A stretch of 64,000 nucleotides of DNA from contig JAMCTX010000022.1 in NCBI GenBank assembly GCA_023381255.1, forward strand, positions 19,302-83,301. Reading direction: 5' to 3'. The notes under the pieces were generated by a model. It did no database searches and was not told the origin of the DNA. It saw only the letters and a list, made by a program, of their open reading frames with translations. Position numbers and translations under genes: made by a program. Positions 44,847 to 55,276 of the stretch are shown one piece after another. How positions within the stretch are numbered: position 1 is the stretch's first letter; each line of letters begins with the position of its first letter. The DNA comes from Nitrososphaerota archaeon. GTDB taxonomy: Archaea > Thermoproteota > Nitrososphaeria > Conexivisphaerales > UBA164.

Positions 44847-47258
44847 ATGAGTGCCAGTAATCCACAAAAACCGGTCAATGATGTCATAACTGAATTGGGT
44901 GTAGATGTAAAAAGCGGCCTTTCAGAAGATGAAGTTAAGAAGAGGGTTCAGCAGTACGGCTATAACGAAATAGAAGAAAAGAAGGAATCGTCTGTAAAGC
45001 GCCTTGCAAAAAAGTTCTGGGGTCTCACTTCGTGGATGCTTGAAATCACGATGGTTTTGACACTAGTTCTTCATCGATATTTGGATTTTTATGTTGTCAC
45101 TGCCCTGCTGCTTCTTAACGTGATTCTTGGGTTTGCCCAGGAACAGAGGGCCAGCTCGGCGCTTGAGACACTAAAGCAGAAACTGCACGTGATGACAAAG
45201 GTGATAAGGGGCGGAATCTGGAAATCTGTTTCTGCAAGGGAGCTTGTTCCAGGGGATATAATAAGGGTGAGGGCGGGGGACTTCGTACCAGCCGACCTGA
45301 GGATAATAGAAGGAAATGTGGAAGTTGACCAATCAGCCCTTACGGGGGAATCGCTGACTGTTTCCAAGGAAAAGGAGGACCAGGTATTTTCAGGGTCAGT
45401 AATAAGGAGAGGAGAAATAACCGGCATAGTGGTGGGCACTGGAGCGCGCACGTTTTTCGGTAAAACCACCGAACTGGTAAAGATAGCCAAGCCAAAGCTC
45501 CACATGGAAGAAGTGATATCGCAGGTGGTAAAGTGGCTGCTTGTAATGGTTGTTGTTTTGCTTGGAGCCGCCCTTGCGTTTTCCGCAATAAGGGGGCAGA
45601 GCCTGTTTGACCTTTTGCCTCTTGCCCTGGTTCTCCTTGTGTCGGCAATACCCGTTGCGCTCCCGGCCATGTTCACAATAACCATGGCCCTGGGTTCAAT
45701 GGAACTTTCCAAAAAAGGGGTGCTGGTGACCAGGTTAAGCGCATCAGAAGATGCCGCAAGCATGGATACGCTGTGCGTTGACAAGACCGGAACAATAACC
45801 CACAACACCCTGTCAGTTGTTGACGTTGTTCCAGCCAACGGGCACAGCCAGGACGACATAATTGCTTACGGCACACTAGCATCCCAGGAAGCAAACCAGG
45901 ACCCAATAGACCTGGCGTTCATCAACGATGCGAAAAACAGGAAAGTAGACCTTTCTGGATATACAGTAAAGCAGTTTGTTCCTTTTGACCCTGCCACAAA
46001 AAGAACCGAAGCAGTAGTAAATTTTGACGGACACGAAGTCAGAATTGTGAAGGGCGCAGTTAACATCATATCGCAACTGTGCAATATGGATAAAAAGACG
46101 CAGGAGCAGGTTAACGATGCAGTTAACAGAATGGCCAACAACGGATACAGGAGCCTGGGCGTTGGACTGATTGACGGAAATAAAACGGAGCTTTTAGGGG
46201 TTGTTGGGCTCTATGATAAGCCCAGGGAAGATTCATCAAAGCTCATTACAGAGTTGAGAAGCCTGGGGGTGGCTGTAAAAATGCTTACCGGTGATGCAGC
46301 TCCAATTGCCAAGAGGATGGCAAGCCTTGTGGGGCTGGGCGATAAGGTTGCTGAGGCGCCTGAATTCAGAAAGATAACAGATGATACCAAGCTGGCCGAG
46401 GTAATAGAAAAAAGCGACGGCTTCGCAGAAATATATCCGGAGGATAAGTACAAGATCGTCAAAGCATTGCAGCTCAAAAAGCACATAACCGGCATGACTG
46501 GAGATGGAGTTAATGATGCGCCTGCACTGAGACAGGCAGAAGTTGGTATAGCCGTGAGCAACGCCACGGACGTCGCAAAGGGAGCAGCCAGCGTGGTGCT
46601 TACCCAGGAGGGCCTGATCAACATAGTCGACCTTGTAAAAATCGGCAGGATGATATTTCAGAGAATAGTGACGTGGATATTTAACAAAGTAGTCAAAGTG
46701 TTTCAGATAGTTGTATTTGTAGTTGCTGCATTTTTTATATGGGGCAAATTTATAGTTGGAACCTTTGACGTGCTGCTCCTGCTCTTCCTGATAGATTTTG
46801 TAACATTATCAATCTCAACCGACCACGTCAGGTGGTCAAAGAACCCAGACAGGTGGGACGTGAACTGGCTTGTCAAGGTATCAATGGTTCTGGGCGTAGC
46901 TGTCGTGCTTGAATCGCTTCTGATAGAGTACCTGGGGATAAACTACTTTGGCCTGCTGAGCAATTTAAGCAAGCTGCACACATTTGGGTTTGACATACTG
47001 CTTGTTTCAGGAATGTTCACCATATTTGTTGTCAGGGAGAGGGGCCATTTCTGGAATTCCAGGCCAAGCAACGTGCTGCTGGTCGCAATAATTGCGGACA
47101 TAATTTTAAGCAGCGCCATATCGATTATCGGAATTCCGGGGCTTGCGCCAATTCCGGCAATTGACGTGCTATCGGTAATAGGATTTTCAGTGATATTTTC
47201 GCTAATAGTAAATGATTTTATAAAAATCATAACTCTTAAAAAGCTGACCAGCAAGTGA
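44847..47258 (+). CDS. P3A-type plasma-membrane H+-ATPase
   Basis: 803 aa with VDQSALTGESL, CVDKTGTITHN, MLTGD and MTGDGVNDAPAL motifs. The N-terminal GLSEDEVKKRVQQYGYNEI is typical of the fungal/plant/archaeal P3A group. No heavy-metal CPC motif is present. Confidence 0.85.
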   Translation: MSASNPQKPVNDVITELGVDVKSGLSEDEVKKRVQQYGYNEIEEKKESSVKRLAKKFWGLTSWMLEITMVLTLVLHRYLDFYVVTALLLLNVILGFAQEQRASSALETLKQKLHVMTKVIRGGIWKSVSARELVPGDIIRVRAGDFVPADLRIIEGNVEVDQSALTGESLTVSKEKEDQVFSGSVIRRGEITGIVVGTGARTFFGKTTELVKIAKPKLHMEEVISQVVKWLLVMVVVLLGAALAFSAIRGQSLFDLLPLALVLLVSAIPVALPAMFTITMALGSMELSKKGVLVTRLSASEDAASMDTLCVDKTGTITHNTLSVVDVVPANGHSQDDIIAYGTLASQEANQDPIDLAFINDAKNRKVDLSGYTVKQFVPFDPATKRTEAVVNFDGHEVRIVKGAVNIISQLCNMDKKTQEQVNDAVNRMANNGYRSLGVGLIDGNKTELLGVVGLYDKPREDSSKLITELRSLGVAVKMLTGDAAPIAKRMASLVGLGDKVAEAPEFRKITDDTKLAEVIEKSDGFAEIYPEDKYKIVKALQLKKHITGMTGDGVNDAPALRQAEVGIAVSNATDVAKGAASVVLTQEGLINIVDLVKIGRMIFQRIVTWIFNKVVKVFQIVVFVVAAFFIWGKFIVGTFDVLLLLFLIDFVTLSISTDHVRWSKNPDRWDVNWLVKVSMVLGVAVVLESLLIEYLGINYFGLLSNLSKLHTFGFDILLVSGMFTIFVVRERGHFWNSRPSNVLLVAIIADIILSSAISIIGIPGLAPIPAIDVLSVIGFSVIFSLIVNDFIKIITLKKLTSK

Positions 47259-47306
47259 CCCGCAAATATTTTTAAACCAAGGCGTGTGAGGTTATAAAAG
47301 CTTAAA

Positions 47307-50300
47307 TTGGAATCATCAAATTTGCTAAAGGACTTTGAAAATATCCAGCGTGCGCAGTGGGAGAAATGGAAGAGGGCACGCGCGCTTGTTGACAGCCAGG
47401 GCAGGGAAACTGTCGGGTTCATAGAGGGGCCTCCAACAATGAACGGCGAACCCCACATAGGGCACGTCAGGGGCCGCGTAATCAAGGACATGTTTTACAG
47501 GATAGAGACGCTTAAAGGGAAAAGGGTTGTTTTTAGGGCAGGCTGGGATACTCAGGGGCTGCCAGTGGAGCTGGAGGCGGAAAAGGAGCTGGGCATTACC
47601 GGCAACAAGAATCAGGTCCTGAGCAGTGTTGGGGAGGACACGCTTGTTAAAAAGTGCAAGGAGATAGTGCACAAGTACAATGAATTCTGGGTCAACGCTG
47701 ACCATGCCCTTGGAATGATGTTCGATTATGAGCAGGCATACTGGACCTACCGTGACGAGTACATTGAGAGGGAATGGGAAATACTGAAGGCGGCACACGA
47801 AAGGAGGCTGCTTTACGAAGACTACAGGGTTGTGGCATACTGCCCCAGCTGCCAGACCAGCTTGAGCAACAGCGAAGTTGCCTTGGGTTACAAGGAAGTA
47901 ACAGACCCAAGCCTGTTCTACAAGGTCAAGCTAGTGGACAGGGATTTATACCTTGTAGTATGGACAACCATGCCTTTTACAATAGTAACTGACGAAGCCG
48001 TAGCAGTAAACCCAGATGAAACATACAAAAAATTAAAGGTAGGAGAAGAAACCTGGCTTGTGGGCAGCACCTCGCTTGAATCGTTCCTTAAAACAACTGG
48101 AATAGAACCGGCAATACTGGGCGAAGTGAAGGGCAGCGAACTTGAAGGCAGCAGGTACGGGCCCCCCCTCCTTGAATTCATACCGGCCCAGCAAAAGATG
48201 TTCAGCGAGGGAAAGGCACACAGCGTACTGGCTGAAAGTTTTGTAGATGTGACAGCCGGAAGCGGAATAGTGCACCTAAGCCCGGCAAACGGTGAAGAGG
48301 ATTTTGAAGTAGGCAAAAAGAGAAGCCTGCCAGTATTCAACCCGATAGACGACCAGGTTAGGTTCACAGACGAGGCGGGAAAATATGCGGGGTTATTCGT
48401 AAGGGACGCTGACGATATAATAGCCGAAGACCTGAAGGCCAAGGGGCTCCTGGTTAAGTACGGCAAAATAAAGCATTCATATCCCACATGCTGGAGGTCC
48501 GGGCACAAGCTGATATATATGGCTAGGAAGGAGTACTTCTACGATATAGGAAAGATAGGGGAACAGGCGCTGGACCAGGCTTCCAGGGTTGAATATTTCT
48601 ACGAGCAGCCAAGGAACAGGTTCCTTGACATAATAAGGGAGAAGAAGCCCTGGTGCATAAGCAGGGAGAGGGTTTGGGGCACGCCTCTGCCAGTGTGGAC
48701 ATGCAAAAGCTGCGGCAGGAAGATTTACCTCTTCAGCAGGAAGGATATAGTAGACAACGCAGAAAGCCTTCCTGATGGCCAGGGCTTCGAGCTTCACAAG
48801 CCCTGGATAGACAGGGTTGTGGTTAAATGCCCGTACTGCGGGGGAAGCGCATACAGGGAGCCGTTTGTCCTGGACACCTGGCACAACAGCGGGGCCGCTC
48901 CATACGCCTCTCTCAACAAAGAAGAATACAGCAGGATAGTGCCGGCAGATTTCCTGACCGAGGCAATAGACCAGACAAGGGGGTGGGCGTACACTCTTCT
49001 GATCGAGGGCGTGATGCTAAACGGCAAGTCACCGTACAGCTCATTTCTGTTTACTGGGCACGTGGTTGACGAAAAGGGCGAAAAGATGAGCAAGAGCAAG
49101 GGAAACGTGGTCTACGCCAGGGACATTCTCAGCAAGTACCCGGCTGACCTTGTGAGGCTGTACTTGATGTGGAAGGCAAGCCCCATAGATACGCTTAATT
49201 TTGACAAAAAGGAAATGATGGAAAGGCCTTACCAGATACTTAACACGCTGAGCAACCTTCACATATACTACTCGCTAAATGCAAAATATGATGGCTACAG
49301 CTGGTCAGAGGAAAACAGGGGAAAAATTTCCGAGAAGGAAAGATGGATCATAAGCGAGCTCAGCGAAGTTGCCGAAAGCTACATGGAGTATTATGAGAAA
49401 AGAAAAACAAACGAAATGATAAGATTATTGGACAGGTTTCTTATAGAGGAAGTAAGCCAAAAGTACGTTCCGGTGATAAGGAACGAACTCTGGGATGATT
49501 CACCGGAAATGGCCGAAAGGAGAAACGGGATTTACTGGACCCTTGGAAAGCTGCTCAGGTCGCTTGATATACTTTTGCACCCCATTGCACCCTATTTGAC
49601 CGACAGCCTCTTTGAAAGCACATTTGGGGCCAGGGAATCGATAATCATCTATGGGTTTGAGCCTGTTGACTCGGGGCTTGTTGACAGGCCATTGATAGAT
49701 AAGTACAGTTATGTATGGAATGTAGTATCTCTTTCAAACAGCGCAAGAATGAAGGCCAGGCTCAAGAGAAGGTGGCCGTTAAATAAAATGCTGCTATTCT
49801 CGGGGAAAGATAGCATAGATAAATCATATTTTGAGCTGATAGGCCAGCTGTCAAATGTGAAGGAAGTGTTTGAAGCTAAAATGCTTGATGAGCTGCCCAT
49901 TGACATAAAGGTGACTGTGAGAAAGGGGGAACTTGGCAAGGCATTCAAAAGGGAGGCGCTGGACGTGGAGAAAGCCATTCAGAGCATATCGGAGGGCAGC
50001 CTCATCGAGCAGATTATAGCTACTGGCAATGTTGCAGCAGGCAAATACATGGTTCCCGCGTCTTTGTTTGACATAAAGTACCTGCCAAGGGAAGGCTATG
50101 AACTGGCTGCTGACAGAAACCTGGTTGTGGTCATAAGTCTGGACAGGGACGAAGAACTGGTAAAAGAAGGGTACGTCAGGGATGTGGCCAGAAGGGTACA
50201 GTATGCCAGAAAGGAAATGGGATACAACCCTACTGACATCATAGATAGCGCGGAACTTTACATCGACGACGCAGAGCTTTATGGTGCCATTCTGCACAGG

Positions 50301-50420
50301 GAAGACATCCTGGGGGGCTTAACGAGGGTCAAAAAAGTAACAGTGCACCAGGGAAAACCGGATGGTGAAAAATTCATAAAGATGGACCTTGACGAAAAAA
50401 CACTATACATAAAAATATGA
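47307..50420 (+). CDS. ileS: isoleucyl-tRNA synthetase
   Basis: 1037 aa with PPTMNGEPHIGH (HIGH), GWDTQGLPVE, KMSKSKGN (KMSKS) and an editing-domain insert. TTG start. Confidence 0.95.
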   Translation: MESSNLLKDFENIQRAQWEKWKRARALVDSQGRETVGFIEGPPTMNGEPHIGHVRGRVIKDMFYRIETLKGKRVVFRAGWDTQGLPVELEAEKELGITGNKNQVLSSVGEDTLVKKCKEIVHKYNEFWVNADHALGMMFDYEQAYWTYRDEYIEREWEILKAAHERRLLYEDYRVVAYCPSCQTSLSNSEVALGYKEVTDPSLFYKVKLVDRDLYLVVWTTMPFTIVTDEAVAVNPDETYKKLKVGEETWLVGSTSLESFLKTTGIEPAILGEVKGSELEGSRYGPPLLEFIPAQQKMFSEGKAHSVLAESFVDVTAGSGIVHLSPANGEEDFEVGKKRSLPVFNPIDDQVRFTDEAGKYAGLFVRDADDIIAEDLKAKGLLVKYGKIKHSYPTCWRSGHKLIYMARKEYFYDIGKIGEQALDQASRVEYFYEQPRNRFLDIIREKKPWCISRERVWGTPLPVWTCKSCGRKIYLFSRKDIVDNAESLPDGQGFELHKPWIDRVVVKCPYCGGSAYREPFVLDTWHNSGAAPYASLNKEEYSRIVPADFLTEAIDQTRGWAYTLLIEGVMLNGKSPYSSFLFTGHVVDEKGEKMSKSKGNVVYARDILSKYPADLVRLYLMWKASPIDTLNFDKKEMMERPYQILNTLSNLHIYYSLNAKYDGYSWSEENRGKISEKERWIISELSEVAESYMEYYEKRKTNEMIRLLDRFLIEEVSQKYVPVIRNELWDDSPEMAERRNGIYWTLGKLLRSLDILLHPIAPYLTDSLFESTFGARESIIIYGFEPVDSGLVDRPLIDKYSYVWNVVSLSNSARMKARLKRRWPLNKMLLFSGKDSIDKSYFELIGQLSNVKEVFEAKMLDELPIDIKVTVRKGELGKAFKREALDVEKAIQSISEGSLIEQIIATGNVAAGKYMVPASLFDIKYLPREGYELAADRNLVVVISLDRDEELVKEGYVRDVARRVQYARKEMGYNPTDIIDSAELYIDDAELYGAILHREDILGGLTRVKKVTVHQGKPDGEKFIKMDLDEKTLYIKI

Positions 50421-50424
50421 TTTT

Positions 50425-51483
50425 TTGCAGCGCAATAAAACTTACACAACGCTTTTTTTTAACAGCCGTTTAAAAATACCCGTGCAAATACTTTACATAT
50501 CTTCAAGCGTGGGGCTTGGGCATGTAACGCGAGATTACAGGCTGGGCTTAGAACTTAAAATGCGGGGCCACAGATTGACGTGGGTTTCTTCGGGCGTTGC
50601 GCTTGATTACCTCAGGTCCAAGGGAGAAATCCTGCACCCGGTATCCGGAGAATTGGAGAGCCTTGGCGACAAGTTCGAAAAGTTCTTCAAGGCAGGCAGG
50701 CTTGCGCCCGGTGTAAAAAATCTGGCCGGGCTCTACGGGGCATTTTCCCATAACAGAAAGAAGATGAAGGAGATAAAGCCAGAAGATTATGATGCAGTTA
50801 TAAGCGATGAAGGATGGGAGTTTCTTGGAAACCACCATACGCTATTCATAACAGACTTTGAAGGCTTCTCCGGGAGATTTGGAACCGTGGGAAACTACCT
50901 TGTTAAAAGGCTTAACGGCTGGTACCACAGCGCAATGGCAGGCAACGCCGTAAATTACTATGTGGGGCTGATTCCCCCGGTATCGAAGGAATTCAGGTAT
51001 TTCGGGCAACTATTCACGCACGAAGGAAAGTACCCTGCACCCGGAGATAAAAATTATGCGTTAATAACGCTGGGTGGAACAAGGGCCGCTATGGATATTG
51101 CTGAAAAAATAAAAAGCCTGCAGCTTGGCATCCCCTCAATATTCCAGAGCCCGGATAGCAGCAAAAACTGGTTTGACCCATTGCCTGTAATGGCAAACGC
51201 ATCTCTCGTTGTCTGCATGGCTGGCTATGGAACGCTGCTTGAAATTTCGGCTATGAAAAAAAGGGCCATAATAAACGTGCCGTTCAACGACTTCGAGCAG
51301 GAATCTAATGCTGAAATTTTCAGGGGAAGAAAAGGATACAGGGTGGTATATATGAACAGTAACACAGATTACAAAAGGGCTATAGAGGAAATAATGGGGG
51401 AGGAACCAGACCCACCCCAATTCAGGGATTCAGCCGCAGAGCTGGCAGATGATATCGAGGCAACCGTGAAAAGCATCAGGTAA
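50425..51483 (+). CDS. GT-B fold glycosyltransferase (MurG/GT28-like); start uncertain
   Basis: ILYISSSVGLGHVTRD near the N-terminus and C-terminal ...CMAGYGTLLEI... resemble GT28/UDP-glycosyltransferase motifs. GTG 50482 is an alternative start. Confidence 0.55.
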   Translation: MQRNKTYTTLFFNSRLKIPVQILYISSSVGLGHVTRDYRLGLELKMRGHRLTWVSSGVALDYLRSKGEILHPVSGELESLGDKFEKFFKAGRLAPGVKNLAGLYGAFSHNRKKMKEIKPEDYDAVISDEGWEFLGNHHTLFITDFEGFSGRFGTVGNYLVKRLNGWYHSAMAGNAVNYYVGLIPPVSKEFRYFGQLFTHEGKYPAPGDKNYALITLGGTRAAMDIAEKIKSLQLGIPSIFQSPDSSKNWFDPLPVMANASLVVCMAGYGTLLEISAMKKRAIINVPFNDFEQESNAEIFRGRKGYRVVYMNSNTDYKRAIEEIMGEEPDPPQFRDSAAELADDIEATVKSIR

Positions 51484-51611
51484 AAAATAAATTTTGTTAC
51501 GCACATTGTGGAAAATGGTTATATACAATATGTTATATATACATTGTATGACGCGCACTTCTATTTTATGTCAAACGTCCAAATATGCCGGCAGTGTTTT
51601 GATGCATAAAA

Positions 51612-52769
51612 ATGGTGAAGGATCAGATGGACCAAATTAGCAAGGGTTTAGAGGATGTAAATTTAAAATGGACCAGGCTGACCTCGATAGATGGCGAAAA
51701 GGGAATCCTGAAGTACGGCGGTTACAGGGTTGAAGACATAATAAAAGGTGGGGCTCTGGTCGAGGAGGTGCAGTACCTGTTCCTCAATGGCGAGCTCCCC
51801 AATAAAAAGCAGTTGGCTGATTTTCAGGGGAAGATCCGGGAGGGATATTCAGTCCCAAAATACGTGATAGACGCAGTAACTAACCTGCCGCCTGAATCGG
51901 ATTCAGTGGCTTTGCAGATGAATGCGTTCGCTGCCCTAGCAGCAACAATGAAGTTCAAGTGGGACAAGCAGACTGACAGGGATGTGGCAGCGAAGGTGAT
52001 TGGGAACATGGCAGCGATAACGGCAGCAATCTACAGACATACATCTGGCATGCAGCCCCTGGAACTGGAGCCAGGCAACAGCTATGCTGAAAGCTTTCTT
52101 AAAGCCACCTTTGGCAAGAAACCATCGCAGCAGGAAATTGATGCAATGAACACAGCGCTGATTCTTTATATGGACCATGAGGTTCCAGCATCCACTACCG
52201 CTGGCCTGGTTGTTGTTTCGACCCTTGCAGACATATATTCCGGCATCGTGGGTTCATTGGCAGCTTTAAAGGGCCCGCTGCATGGCGGGGCGGCAGAGGC
52301 TGCAATTGCCCAGTTTGCGCAGATAGGTGACCCCGCCAAGGTAGAAGACTGGTTTAACCAGAACATAGTTACGGGAAAAAGCCGCCTTATGGGGTTTGGC
52401 CACAGGGTTTACAAGACTTATGACCCCAGGGCCAAGATATTCAGGTCGATTGCAACGGACCTTGTAAAAAACAACACTGAAGCAGAAAAAATGTATAAAA
52501 TAGCTTTAAAGGTGGAAGAACTCGGAATAAAAAATATGGCTAGCAAAGGGATATACCCGAACACTGACTTCTTCTCGGGGATTGTGTACATGTCGCTTGG
52601 GTTCCCATTGAAAAATGATATCTACACAGCGCTTTTCGCATTGTCCAGGGTTACAGGGTGGATGGCGCATTTCATTGAATATGTTGAAGAGCAGCACAGG
52701 CTGATAAGGCCCAGGGCAGTTTACACGGGGCCGGAAGAAAGAAGCTTCGTTCCAATTGACAGAAGGTAA
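51612..52769 (+). CDS. gltA: citrate synthase
   Basis: 385 aa with LYMDHE, GPLHGGA and GFGHRVYKTYDPRA motifs. Confidence 0.95.
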   Translation: MVKDQMDQISKGLEDVNLKWTRLTSIDGEKGILKYGGYRVEDIIKGGALVEEVQYLFLNGELPNKKQLADFQGKIREGYSVPKYVIDAVTNLPPESDSVALQMNAFAALAATMKFKWDKQTDRDVAAKVIGNMAAITAAIYRHTSGMQPLELEPGNSYAESFLKATFGKKPSQQEIDAMNTALILYMDHEVPASTTAGLVVVSTLADIYSGIVGSLAALKGPLHGGAAEAAIAQFAQIGDPAKVEDWFNQNIVTGKSRLMGFGHRVYKTYDPRAKIFRSIATDLVKNNTEAEKMYKIALKVEELGIKNMASKGIYPNTDFFSGIVYMSLGFPLKNDIYTALFALSRVTGWMAHFIEYVEEQHRLIRPRAVYTGPEERSFVPIDRR

Positions 52770-52921
52770 CCAATAACACAATAAATGGCTGCGTGTTAGT
52801 ACAGCCGGCTATGATGAGATTGAGGTTTGGCTGATTTAACCATGAAGTGGATCTTGAGCTCTGAGCCGTTTTTGCTATTAAGTTTAGCAAAGTTTTTTTA
52901 TTCAGCTGATGCAGTCCAGTC

Positions 52922-53161
52922 ATGATGCCAATTAAGAGCGAGATAATGGAAATCGTATCCAGGCAAGGCAATTTAACTGATACAGAGCTTTTCAACTCAG
53001 TCCAAAAGAGATATTCGTGGCTAAACCTTAAGGAATTTAACAGGGAACTTATGGAGCTTGAAATCCAGGGCCTTATACACGTGTTTCAGATAGGAAAGGA
53101 CAAGAGAAGGATAGAGCTTGTCAAAGACCAGCAGTACGTTTCTGGAGAATTTGATTTCTAA
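52922..53161 (+). CDS. small putative winged-helix protein
   Basis: 79 aa, reading ...EIMEIVSRQGNLTDTELFNSVQKRY...LMELEIQGLIHVFQIGKDKRRIELV. Confidence 0.4.
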   Translation: MMPIKSEIMEIVSRQGNLTDTELFNSVQKRYSWLNLKEFNRELMELEIQGLIHVFQIGKDKRRIELVKDQQYVSGEFDF

Positions 53162-53209
53162 ACAGCTTTTGCATAAAGGTTTAAATAAATAATTTATGTA
53201 TCGGGGAAC

Positions 53210-54388
53210 ATGCAACAGAAAACCAGATCCCTGATCTTCACGTCACTGGGGCATTACCTTAACGACTCATTTCTGGTGCTTTTCCCCATTTTGTCAATAT
53301 ACTATCTCGGGCTTGGCATCAGCGCCATCGCCATAGGGATATTTGGCGGCGTGTATAATGTCATGTCAGGGGCGCTGGGGGCGCCCATCGGCCAATACGC
53401 GGACAAAAAAGGCAACTATGCCTATCCAATGTTTCTCGGGTTTTTGCTGATTGGGGCTTCAATATTTGCCTTTTCCATAGCTTTTCTCGACATTGGCATA
53501 GTTATGCGGTACATAACTGTTGCAGTTGCCGCAATACTGCTTGGCACAGGGTTGGCATTTTACCACCCGCTGGGTGGCGCTATACTCCAGAGCGAATACG
53601 CAAAGGAGGACGCTCCAAAGGCCCTGGGAATAAACGGGTCGTTTGGAAGCTTGGGCAGGGCAATAGCGCCATACGCCTTGGTTGTGATCATTGGAATTAT
53701 AGGGACATTTACCGGCATGATAATGCTTACCGTCATAGACCTGCTGGTTGCAATAGTCGTTTTTGCCGGGTTGAGGGGTGTAAGGCACCCCGTTGCCAGA
53801 AAGGCCACCCAGCAATCAGGAAACATAAAACCGTACATGTACATCATACTGCCCCTTACAATAATAGTGTTTACGAGGTCCATATTCATATCGGGGGTTC
53901 AGCTATTTTCGCCGTCCTTTATTGATCTCATTTACAAATCAACCAATTTAACGGGATTGTTTCTGACCGCGTCTTACTCAACGGCCATAATCGGGCAGCC
54001 GCTTTTTGGCAGCCTCACTTCAAGATATGGCGGAAGGTCGATCATTATAATTACAACTGCATTTTCGACACTGTTTTTCATACTGTTTCTTCTGATAAGG
54101 GGAATTTACTTCCAGCTCCTGTTTTTCTCGCTTTTTGCATTTTTTGCGTTCAGCGGGTTCCCCAACCTTCTGGGCTATGTATCGCAGGTCGTGGACAGCA
54201 GCGTTTATGCAAGGGCGAACGGCATTGTGTGGAGCTTTGGGAACATGATGGGGGGCGCGCTGGGAATGGTAATCGGGGGCCCGTTAATAGAATATATTGG
54301 TTTCACAGGCACAATGTGGATATATGCAGCAGTGGCCCTTATATCAGTAGCAATGCTGGTGCTGCTGCCCAGGAAAAATAGAAATTGA
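53210..54388 (+). CDS. MFS transporter
   Basis: 392 aa with about 12 TM segments in a two-halves organisation, and a GQYADKKG loop after TM2. Confidence 0.75.
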   Translation: MQQKTRSLIFTSLGHYLNDSFLVLFPILSIYYLGLGISAIAIGIFGGVYNVMSGALGAPIGQYADKKGNYAYPMFLGFLLIGASIFAFSIAFLDIGIVMRYITVAVAAILLGTGLAFYHPLGGAILQSEYAKEDAPKALGINGSFGSLGRAIAPYALVVIIGIIGTFTGMIMLTVIDLLVAIVVFAGLRGVRHPVARKATQQSGNIKPYMYIILPLTIIVFTRSIFISGVQLFSPSFIDLIYKSTNLTGLFLTASYSTAIIGQPLFGSLTSRYGGRSIIIITTAFSTLFFILFLLIRGIYFQLLFFSLFAFFAFSGFPNLLGYVSQVVDSSVYARANGIVWSFGNMMGGALGMVIGGPLIEYIGFTGTMWIYAAVALISVAMLVLLPRKNRN

Positions 54389-54400
54389 TTCTATAGGCAA

Positions 54401-54958
54401 TTACCTGAGCTTCTCAACAACGCTCAGAGCCTTTATTGAATCTGACCTTGACATGAAGAAATAGATGTTCCTGTCAAACCTGAAGGCGTGTATGATATTA
54501 ATGCCCATGGTGTTAAACATCATTATCAGCGGATGATAAGGTATGTTCTTTACGCTCCCGGAAAAGCTGACCCTGAGCAGAACCATTCCCTGTTCCGACC
54601 CAGGCTCCTCCCCCTTCACTACGGCCTTTACCTTGCCTTCGTCAATTATTGCGAGCAAAACATTCGAGAAATCCAGCTCATTTAAACCTTTAATATCATA
54701 TACTTTTTCGGTAACCCCAGATTCTAGCGAAACATTTGTGCCCCTTGTGGAAATATCCTCGATTGCGGCTTTTTTGCTTGCTAACTTGGTAAGCGCCTTT
54801 TCTATTGTATTCAGCTTAACGTCTTCATTTGAAAGGGAATCCACTATATTTTTGATCTGCCTGGAAAGGGCATTAAGATTAGCCAGCCCGCTGCTGAGCA
54901 GTATCTGATAAAGTATATTTTCATCAACCACTTTTTTTACAGCGTCAGTTACCTTCAT
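54401..54958 (-). CDS. hypothetical protein (helical N-terminal half, ACT-like C-terminal half)
   Basis: 185-aa ORF with coding-like composition. No diagnostic motif was recognised. Confidence 0.45.
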   Translation of the reverse strand: MKVTDAVKKVVDENILYQILLSSGLANLNALSRQIKNIVDSLSNEDVKLNTIEKALTKLASKKAAIEDISTRGTNVSLESGVTEKVYDIKGLNELDFSNVLLAIIDEGKVKAVVKGEEPGSEQGMVLLRVSFSGSVKNIPYHPLIMMFNTMGINIIHAFRFDRNIYFFMSRSDSIKALSVVEKLR

Positions 54959-55276
54959 AATCCGGAATTAATTTCCATAATATATAAAATTTATCATAAT
55001 TATTTATTTTTCCAAAAGCTCACGAATAATATCAGAATGCTCAGATATTTTTAGCGATAATTCTCGGGCAATTTAGTGAAGACCTATGATTCTTATAGCC
55101 CTTTTAAAGACAGCATTGGGGATGCCAATTTTAGCCGCTCTACAGTAGCCAAACCTACATGCTTGGAAAGGAGGATTCAATGCTCAAGTGTCGCAATGAA
55201 TACAAACAGAGGATTATATACGAGTGACTCTTTGGCGCGGGTAATGTTAAAAAATGATTGATGAGTTGTTTAAGGC

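Noticed and set aside
45089-45859. Long antisense ORFs inside well-supported genes: 256 aa in the H+-ATPase, 223 aa at 34719-35390, 195-196 aa at 55477-56064 and 47918-48508, and 183 aa at 22548-23099
   Set aside because: They have low-complexity S/A/P/T-rich translations, each lies entirely within a gene with strong family motifs on the other strand, and they are typical shadow ORFs.
51511-51550. Repeated ACATTGT / inverted ATACAAT…ATTGTAT motifs upstream of citrate synthase
   Set aside because: The arms are only 7 bp, lie in AT-rich promoter DNA, and are within chance expectation. They are noted as a possible operator but not called.
55076-55261. 61-aa GTG-start ORF and a 15-codon SD-preceded mini-ORF upstream of moeA
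   Set aside because: Neither has a motif and their conservation cannot be assessed. They are probably promoter or leader sequence.
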